Assembly: GCA_964419925.1 (NCBI GenBank)
Contig: CAYQPR010000002.1
Coordinates: 2,002-66,001, forward strand
DNA: 64,000 bases
Reading direction: 5' to 3'
DNA from: Candidatus Woesearchaeota archaeon
Lineage (GTDB): Archaea > Nanobdellota > Nanobdellia > SCGC-AAA011-G17 > GW2011-AR20
How positions within the stretch are numbered: position 1 is the stretch's first letter; every line of letters begins with the position of its first letter. The translations under genes were made by a program, and so were the position numbers. Positions 57,680-64,000 of the stretch are shown piece by piece. A model generated the notes under the pieces. The model was given only the letters and a program-made list of their open reading frames with translations. It searched no databases and was not told the origin of the DNA.

Positions 57680-57975
57680 ATAGACCGTTAGGTATAAGAT
57701 TAGATAGATCACTTTTACAAAGAGTAGATCAAATGGGCAAAGAAGAACTTGTTGATAGAAGTACAATAATAAGAAACCTAGTAAATATAGGCTATAAAGA
57801 AATGATTAAATCCAAAGCAGCAGAGAAATATGTTAAAGGAAAAATAACATTATCTGAAGCAGCAAGACAAGCAGAATTAAGTATATTCGAAATGGAAAAA
57901 TACTTAGTTGGACAAGGATTTAAATCTCAGTATTCTATGAAAGATTTAAAAGAAGAATTGAAAAATATACGATAA
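57676..57975 (+). CDS. UPF0175-family putative antitoxin
   Basis: 99 aa, helical, with the LSEAARQAELSIFEMEKYL motif. It overlaps the PIN gene by 4 nt (ATGA). Confidence 0.5.
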   Translation: MNRPLGIRLDRSLLQRVDQMGKEELVDRSTIIRNLVNIGYKEMIKSKAAEKYVKGKITLSEAARQAELSIFEMEKYLVGQGFKSQYSMKDLKEELKNIR

Positions 57976-57985
57976 CTTCAACCTG

Positions 57986-58013
57986 GTTTGAAGTCAAAAT
58001 AAAGGTTTATAAG
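57986..58013. repeat. 28-bp direct repeat, right copy
   Basis: Identical to 57069..57096. Confidence 0.8.
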
Positions 58014-58034
58014 TAATAAAATAATATCTAAACT

Positions 58035-58292
58035 ATGGAAATTTTTAAACCAAATAAAAATAAAATAATGATTACTTTTGTAATCTTAGTAGTTTATGAG
58101 ATAATTATTTTTATTCAAGGTTACAATTTTGGAAGCAGATTTGATTGTGGATTAAATCAAATATGTAAATCTTCAATTGAATACGGTTTTGAATATGTTA
58201 AAAATTCAGTATTTAATATAAACATAATTCCTACAATTATAATCTCTTATTTAATTTCATGTGCAATCTTTTCAATAGTTAAGAAAAAATGA
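58035..58292 (+). CDS. small membrane protein
   Basis: 85 aa, two hydrophobic helices. Confidence 0.35.
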   Translation: MEIFKPNKNKIMITFVILVVYEIIIFIQGYNFGSRFDCGLNQICKSSIEYGFEYVKNSVFNINIIPTIIISYLISCAIFSIVKKK

Positions 58293-58897
58293 ACGAAGAA
58301 AAATATATCCTAGTGAACTTAGAAGAAGATAAGTCAAAAGATTTAGCTAATGTAATCAGTAACTCGACTTCAAGAAAACTTTTAAATTTTCTAGCGGATA
58401 AAGAAGAAGCATCCGAAACAGAAATTTCTAAAGAATTAAAATTACCTCTATCAACAGTTCACTATAATTTACAGCAATTAAAAAAAAGTAAATTAGTTGA
58501 AACAAAACATTTTATGTATTCAGATAAAGGGAAAAAAATAGAATATTATAGTGTTGTAAAAAAATTTATTGTTATCGCACCAAAGTATTCTTCAAACTTA
58601 TTAAAGAAATTATTGCCTTTGTTTTTAATATCGGCAGGGGTATCATTGATTATTCAAAAATTTTATGGATTTACAACAAAAACATTAAGTTACACTCAAG
58701 ATGTTGTTAATAAAGTACCTGAAGGAACGCAGGGTGCAGCTTCAAGTTTAGCCGATAAAGCTACGGAAGAAACAACAAAACAAATAGTAAATATTGTAAC
58801 GCAAGTTCCAAATTATTATGGATATTGGTTTTTTATTGGTTCCTGGACAATTTTATTAGTTTATCTGATGATTAATTTAGTTAAAAAAAGAAGATAA
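58289..58897 (+). CDS. winged-helix (ArsR-like) transcriptional regulator with a C-terminal transmembrane anchor
   Basis: LLNFLADKEEASETEISKELKLPLSTVHYNLQQLKKSKLV wHTH. C-terminal TM YWFFIGSWTILLVYLMINLV. Confidence 0.5.
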   Translation: MNEEKYILVNLEEDKSKDLANVISNSTSRKLLNFLADKEEASETEISKELKLPLSTVHYNLQQLKKSKLVETKHFMYSDKGKKIEYYSVVKKFIVIAPKYSSNLLKKLLPLFLISAGVSLIIQKFYGFTTKTLSYTQDVVNKVPEGTQGAASSLADKATEETTKQIVNIVTQVPNYYGYWFFIGSWTILLVYLMINLVKKRR

Positions 58898-60091
58898 TTT
58901 TTTCTGAGTTAAACTTCTTAACAGTTTACTTTCTTTAAAAAGATTATCAACTTCATAATTAAACCTTAATTTTATTAATTCCCTAGTCTTGTTCAATAAC
59001 TCTTCTTTTGTATTAAAACTTAAAAAATTACTTTCCAAGGTTTTTCTAGCAGCATTCCGAACAACAAAAACACCTAAAGGAAGATTATATTCAGGGGTTT
59101 CAAATCTAATAACTAAACAAGAAGATTGTTTTTTTATTTTCTTTAAATATTCTAAAACTCCTAATCTTGAACTATAATATCCACCAACACAATTAGAAGC
59201 ATAAGTCTTTCTTCCATAATAACTCTCATCATCAGTTGAAAACTTTATATCCCTAGAATAATTCCATGCACTTCCAGGTAAATACCCTTCAAATAATTCG
59301 TATTGCCAATTTTCAGGAAACATCAAAATATAATAATAATTTCCTAAATAATTTCCAATGTAGATTCTATGCTCATTAATTTGATTATAATCCTTTATTT
59401 CTTCAATTAAATTCTTTCCCAAAGTGTCATCGGTTCCAGTTATGCTCCATTTAGTCGGAACTAATTTTCTATTTTTTTTCAAACCTAAAACACCAATGCT
59501 CAAAAATTTAGTTAAAACGTTTTCATCAAAACCATTTTCATATAGATAAATTAAAGCATCAGAAGCCTTCAAGTCAATATCATTAACAACTTTATCAACT
59601 TTATTTTCAACCTTAATGTTTTCAGTAATTTTAATCTGTTTTAAATTTCCTTTAGGACCAGAAGGCATTACAATTTTTTCAAAATCAAAACTAATATTCG
59701 GAGTTTTAGTTAAATTAATCTCAACATCAACAGGTTTAGAAGCAATAGCAATTTCTTTTGCAACATCTAAAAACTTCTCCTGTTTCAAAGCATCTTTAAT
59801 ATTAACTTGAAATCTAGAATTAACTAACGAAGCCCTTAACAAAGCAATTTGATTGATATCATAATTCTCTTTTTTCCAAAATCTAGGATCATCATACATC
59901 CAAGCATCTTCAACCTCATTTGGAGGACTTAATATTCCAACATTAGCTTGAGGATATAATTTACTTCCAACAAATACAGAAGGTGGTGAAGTTCCAAAGA
60001 AACTTTCTTTTTTTAACTCTTTAATCATCTTAAACATGATTCCAGATTCTGCTATTAATTTAGAAAAATCTCTTTTAGCTATGAATTCCAT
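58877..60091 (-). CDS. conserved archaeal hypothetical protein (possibly Nre-family)
   Basis: 404 aa with no catalytic motif recognised. The Nre family assignment is recall only. Confidence 0.3.
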   Translation of the reverse strand: MEFIAKRDFSKLIAESGIMFKMIKELKKESFFGTSPPSVFVGSKLYPQANVGILSPPNEVEDAWMYDDPRFWKKENYDINQIALLRASLVNSRFQVNIKDALKQEKFLDVAKEIAIASKPVDVEINLTKTPNISFDFEKIVMPSGPKGNLKQIKITENIKVENKVDKVVNDIDLKASDALIYLYENGFDENVLTKFLSIGVLGLKKNRKLVPTKWSITGTDDTLGKNLIEEIKDYNQINEHRIYIGNYLGNYYYILMFPENWQYELFEGYLPGSAWNYSRDIKFSTDDESYYGRKTYASNCVGGYYSSRLGVLEYLKKIKKQSSCLVIRFETPEYNLPLGVFVVRNAARKTLESNFLSFNTKEELLNKTRELIKLRFNYEVDNLFKESKLLRSLTQKKLSSFFN

Positions 60092-60203
60092 TATTGTACT
60101 AAGACGTTAAAATATTTAAAGATTTAGTTGATTTAAGGGTATAAATGAGTAGAAAACAAAGATTTAAAAAAGAAATTGTTTTAGCTTTAGAAAAGGGGTA
60201 GCT

Positions 60204-61481
60204 ATGGATATAAAACAATATCAAAATTATCTTAAAAAATTTAAAGTTTTAATCCAAGAGATTAGAAGGAATATTAATAAATCAGATAAAAAAGGATTTT
60301 TAGAATATATTGGGCTTCTGGTAAATTCTGCAGAACTACAAATATCAGAAATTATATCAAATCACATTTTTAAAACAGATTTTACACATAACACAATCTC
60401 CATACTATTAGATATCATGCGCAAATTTAAATCACTATCAGAATATTACGATTATAAAATAGAAATGACAGAAAAAGAATGTAAAATTAGTTTTTTAAGA
60501 AACATGGATGTTTTTGAAAGAAGTATAGATATAGAATTAAAAATAATAAAAGAGATTGCTGAAGATCACAATCCAAAAATCAGCCACGCCATGAATATTC
60601 AAGCATGGATGTATGAAAAAGAGTTTGATAAAGTTTTACAATTAATTGAAAAAGTAATTATAAATTACGAAGAACTCAAAAAAAATAAGTATCAATTAAA
60701 GAAATTGTTTCAAGAGGTTAATGATATCCTTAAAGAAATTCCAGATACACCCAATTCAGCAATAACCGGAGAAGTATGTACTGTAACTTCAAGCCCGGAT
60801 AAACATGCAATTCTTTTTTTAAGTAAATTAATTTCAAGAGGAGAACATAAAAAAATAAATGGAAAGGTTATCCTAGAACTTGGATGTGGGTTACATAACA
60901 CGATACCTTATTCAATTAAACAAAAATATTTTCCGGAAAGCAATTATATTGGAGTAGATGCCCATCCGCTGATCTCAATACTAAGATATCTATCAATAAA
61001 ATATCCAAACAAAAAAACAATAATATCCAATTTATTAATACATGTAAACTCAACTGAAAGAGAAGAGGGGGTAATCTATGACTTGGCAAGATTAGATACT
61101 TATGTTTATGGTTCAATATTTGATATTAAAATAAAAAAAGGAACAGTAGGTATTTTAATAATCGATAGCACAATAAGTTTAGACAATCGAGGTGTAGATG
61201 TCACAGAGAGTAAGGCGATGGAGATGGCAGAAAAATATTTGAATGAAGGAGGATATTATATAGATAGAGATTTTAATTATTTTACGGCATTTAAGTTGAT
61301 TAATGGAAAGTTAAGCCGAGTCGCATCATTAAAATTTGATAAAACCTACTATACCAAAGATCCATTTAGTTGGTATGGTGAATATGAAGAATTTAATAAT
61401 GATGAAGAATTCAAAGATGTGGAATCGGTAGAGGAATCAAAAGAAATAAACAAGATTTATCCAAGAAATATCTTTAATTAA
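60204..61481 (+). CDS. two-domain protein: N-terminal helical domain of unknown function fused to a class I SAM-dependent methyltransferase domain
   Basis: VILELGCGLHNT (motif I) ... YIGVDAHP (acidic residue at the end of beta-2). Confidence 0.5.
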   Translation: MDIKQYQNYLKKFKVLIQEIRRNINKSDKKGFLEYIGLLVNSAELQISEIISNHIFKTDFTHNTISILLDIMRKFKSLSEYYDYKIEMTEKECKISFLRNMDVFERSIDIELKIIKEIAEDHNPKISHAMNIQAWMYEKEFDKVLQLIEKVIINYEELKKNKYQLKKLFQEVNDILKEIPDTPNSAITGEVCTVTSSPDKHAILFLSKLISRGEHKKINGKVILELGCGLHNTIPYSIKQKYFPESNYIGVDAHPLISILRYLSIKYPNKKTIISNLLIHVNSTEREEGVIYDLARLDTYVYGSIFDIKIKKGTVGILIIDSTISLDNRGVDVTESKAMEMAEKYLNEGGYYIDRDFNYFTAFKLINGKLSRVASLKFDKTYYTKDPFSWYGEYEEFNNDEEFKDVESVEESKEINKIYPRNIFN

Positions 61482-61549
61482 TCCTAAATAAAAAGAAATT
61501 GTTAAATAAATTTTTTATATTTGAATTGCAACTAAAATATTTCACCTCA

Positions 61550-61822
61550 TTAATTATTATAGATTTTATCATGATGATCAAAATCAGTAAAATAAACAAA
61601 GTCATTCTTTTTATCATATTTGAATAATAAAACAAAACTTCCAACATGAATCCTTTTGTATTCCTTTAGATTGCCTCTCAAATTTTTATAATGCTCGATG
61701 TCTGTAATACTCAAAATTTCGTCCATCTTATTAATCAAGTTTTCACAAAGCTGTTTATCCTTCTTTTCTAATTTTTGAAGAATCCTATCAAAATTCTTAC
61801 TAGTTTTATAAGGTCTAGGCAT
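61550..61822 (-). CDS. relE: RelE/ParE-family toxin
   Basis: HYKNLRGNLKEYKRIHVGSFVLLFKYDKKNDFVYFTDFDHHDKIY is the RelE/StbE pattern. Confidence 0.65.
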   Translation of the reverse strand: MPRPYKTSKNFDRILQKLEKKDKQLCENLINKMDEILSITDIEHYKNLRGNLKEYKRIHVGSFVLLFKYDKKNDFVYFTDFDHHDKIYNN

Positions 61823-61824
61823 TT

Positions 61825-62085
61825 TTATTTTATTCGCAGATTTTTTCTTAATTCTTCAATAGAATTGAATGTTTTACCGTAACCTTCTTTTTCAATTTTT
61901 CTAATCTTCCTAAGATATTCGGGTCTTAACTCAGGTTCTAATTCATTCTCGCCATACTTTTTAAGAAACAATCGCAAAGCATCATTCTTATTCCTTAATC
62001 TATACTTAGCTTTCATAAGATTAAGGAGTTGATCCTCATCTTCATTAAACATTACCAAAGCTTTTATCATCTTATTACTTTCCAT
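61825..62085 (-). CDS. putative antitoxin partner of RelE
   Basis: 86-aa ORF ending 3 nt upstream of the relE start. Confidence 0.45.
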   Translation of the reverse strand: MESNKMIKALVMFNEDEDQLLNLMKAKYRLRNKNDALRLFLKKYGENELEPELRPEYLRKIRKIEKEGYGKTFNSIEELRKNLRIK

Positions 62086-62168
62086 AATATTTTATAACAT
62101 TTCATTATATTTAAACCTTTCCTTTTGATTTAAGTAAATTATATAAATCTTAATAAAAAATAAGTCAT

Positions 62169-63911
62169 ATGCAATCCTCAGAACTAAAGAAAAAATATTT
62201 AGAATTTTTTAAATCTAAAGGCCATAAAGTTATTCCAAGTTCTAGTTTAATTCCACAAAATGATCCCACAGTATTGTTCACAACCGCGGGAATGCATCCA
62301 TTAGTTCCTTATTTATTAGGACAAAAACATCCTCAAGGCAAAAGATTAGTTGATTGTCAAAAATGTCTAAGAACCGATGATATCGATGAAGTTGGTGATA
62401 GTTCTCACTTAACTTTTTTTCAAATGTTGGGAAACTGGTCATTAGGAGATTATTTCAAAGAAGACGCAATAAAATTCAGTTTTGAGTTTCTAACTAAAAA
62501 TCTAAAAATACCAAAAGAAAAATTGTTCATAAGCTGTTTCAAAGGAGATAAAGATGCTCCAAAAGATATTGAATCAGAAAGAGTTTGGTTAAGTTTAGGA
62601 ATTTCAAAGTACCATATTTTCTTTTTTGGAAAAGATAACAATTGGTGGCCTGCAGGTGGAAAGGGTTATGGTCCTCAAGGTCCAGATACAGAAATGTTCT
62701 ACGATACCGGAAAGAAAAAATGTTCTGTAGATTGTGATCTGAGTTGCAATTGCGGAAAATATATTGAAATATGGAATGATGTTTTTATGGAATTCAATAA
62801 AACCGAAAAAGGCTATGAAAAACTGAAACAACAAAATGTCGATACGGGAATGGGTTTAGAAAGAACAACAATGATTCTAGAAAATAAAGAAAGTGTCTTT
62901 GATACCGATTTATTTGAAGATGTGATAAAAAAAATTAATGAATTAAGCACTAAAAATGAAATTAAAAGTAAGAGAATAATAGCAGATCATCTAAGATCTT
63001 CTGTTTTTATCTTAGCGGAAAAAATTCCTCCAAGTAATGTAGAACATGGTTACATCCTAAGAAGATTAATTAGAAGAGCAATACGACATGGACATTTAAT
63101 TGGAATAAAAAATAAATTTACTTCAGAAGTTGCAGAGATTGTAATAAAGATTTATAAAAAAGATTATCCTGAACTAGAGATTAATAAAGAATTTATTTTA
63201 AATGAATTAGATTTAGAAGAAGAAAAGTTTGAAAAAACACTGATTTCTGGATTAAAAATATTAGAAAAAGAAATTCCAAAAATAAAAATAATTTCTAAAG
63301 AATTAGCATTTAATCTATTTACAACATTTGGATTTCCATTAGAAATGATAAAAGAAGTTGCTAAAGAAAACAACCTTAAAGTAGATGAAGAAGGATTCAA
63401 TTTATTATTTAAAGAACATCAAGAGATTTCAAAAAAAGGAAGTGAAAGTAAATTTAAAGGGGGATTAGCCGACAATAGTTCTGAAGTTATTAGAATGCAT
63501 ACTGCAACGCATCTATTGCAACAAGCTTTAAGAGATGTTCTAGGAAAACACGTTGGTCAGATGGGGAGTAATATTACAAAAGAAAGATTAAGATTTGATT
63601 TTAGTAATCCAAAGGCATTAACAAAAGATGAAATTAAAAAAGTTGAAGATATTGTTAATGAAAAAATAAAAGAAGGTTTAGTTGTGAAAAGAATAGAGAT
63701 GAAATATGATGATGCAATTAAACAAGGAGCAATAGCATTCTTCAAAGAAAAATATCCTGAAACTGTTTCAGTGTATAAAATTGGAAATTATAGCATGGAA
63801 CTTTGTGGTGGTCCTCACGTAAATAATACTTCTGAAATAAAACATTTTAAAATAATTAAGGAAGAAGCAGTTTCAGCCTGTGTAAGAAGAATTAAAGCAA
63901 TCGTAGGGTAA
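62169..63911 (+). CDS. alaS: alanyl-tRNA synthetase, short form (catalytic + tRNA-recognition + editing, no C-Ala domain), bacterial-like N-terminus
   Basis: NDPTVLFTTAGMHPLVPY, HLTFFQMLGNWSLGDYFK, WNDVFMEFN (catalytic). HTATHLLQQAL and CGGPHV (editing HxxxH/CxxxH). Confidence 0.85.
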   Translation: MQSSELKKKYLEFFKSKGHKVIPSSSLIPQNDPTVLFTTAGMHPLVPYLLGQKHPQGKRLVDCQKCLRTDDIDEVGDSSHLTFFQMLGNWSLGDYFKEDAIKFSFEFLTKNLKIPKEKLFISCFKGDKDAPKDIESERVWLSLGISKYHIFFFGKDNNWWPAGGKGYGPQGPDTEMFYDTGKKKCSVDCDLSCNCGKYIEIWNDVFMEFNKTEKGYEKLKQQNVDTGMGLERTTMILENKESVFDTDLFEDVIKKINELSTKNEIKSKRIIADHLRSSVFILAEKIPPSNVEHGYILRRLIRRAIRHGHLIGIKNKFTSEVAEIVIKIYKKDYPELEINKEFILNELDLEEEKFEKTLISGLKILEKEIPKIKIISKELAFNLFTTFGFPLEMIKEVAKENNLKVDEEGFNLLFKEHQEISKKGSESKFKGGLADNSSEVIRMHTATHLLQQALRDVLGKHVGQMGSNITKERLRFDFSNPKALTKDEIKKVEDIVNEKIKEGLVVKRIEMKYDDAIKQGAIAFFKEKYPETVSVYKIGNYSMELCGGPHVNNTSEIKHFKIIKEEAVSACVRRIKAIVG

Positions 63912-63944
63912 GTTTTATATATTCTTTTTATTATTTATTCTAGA

Positions 63945-64000
63945 TGAAAAAAAGGGTTATTTTAGTTTTCTTGATTACATTATTATTATTTTCAATAATT
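63945..64000 (+). CDS. 5' end of a gene encoding a signal-peptide protein (MKKRVILVFLITLLLFSII...), truncated by the window
   Basis: An ATG, then basic residues, then a hydrophobic core. Confidence 0.35.

Larger units (their letters stand above)
57069..58013 (+). mobile_element. Toxin-antitoxin cassette bounded by perfect 28-bp direct repeats. No integrase lies within it.
   Basis: The direct repeats bracket exactly the PIN/UPF0175 pair and its promoter region. Confidence 0.5.

Noticed and set aside
1-64000. CRISPR arrays, rRNA genes, integrase or transposase genes
   Set aside because: No regularly spaced direct repeats and no rRNA-like conserved blocks were seen. No tyrosine or serine recombinase or DDE transposase motif was found in any ORF, including near the 28-bp direct repeats.

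Overview
The window is AT-rich (roughly 30% GC by eye), gene-dense, and looks like an archaeal chromosome segment. The small gene sizes and the presence of several bacterial-type genes suggest a reduced-genome DPANN-like lineage; that assignment is inference. The archaeal signal comes from three sources, detailed in the feature list: a compact exosome/proteasome superoperon; informational and tRNA-modification genes (L1-L10/P0-L12/P1, GatD/GatE, FtsZ, archaeal cmk, aTrm56, SecF/SecD); and ether-lipid genes. At least two of the three tRNA genes carry introns.

On top of this core there is clear accessory or horizontally acquired content. There are four toxin-antitoxin modules:
- a HEPN/MNT pair sitting inside the gatD-gatE operon, with palindromic tandem operators;
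- VapBC, with a palindrome at its start codon;
- a PIN(DUF3368-like)/UPF0175 cassette bracketed by perfect 28-bp direct repeats;
- a RelE/antitoxin pair.

Other accessory features are a free-standing double-motif LAGLIDADG homing endonuclease that abuts an intron-bearing tRNA, a long RelA/SpoT homolog, a soluble acyl-ACP desaturase homolog, and bacterial-type LeuRS and AlaRS.

The multi-gene candidates for something new are:
- a five-gene sulfur-carrier cluster (E1-like ThiF/MoeB, ASCH, ThiI-type PP-loop ATPase, an unknown 111-aa protein, and a ThiS/MoaD-like Ubl ending in Gly-Gly), next to an NcsA/TtuA-type tRNA thiolase;
- a three-gene operon of small unknown proteins at 45035..45972;
- a PHP-phosphoesterase / CDP-alcohol phosphatidyltransferase / CarS lipid operon.

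All calls rest on motif-level reading of the translated ORFs. No database search was possible.
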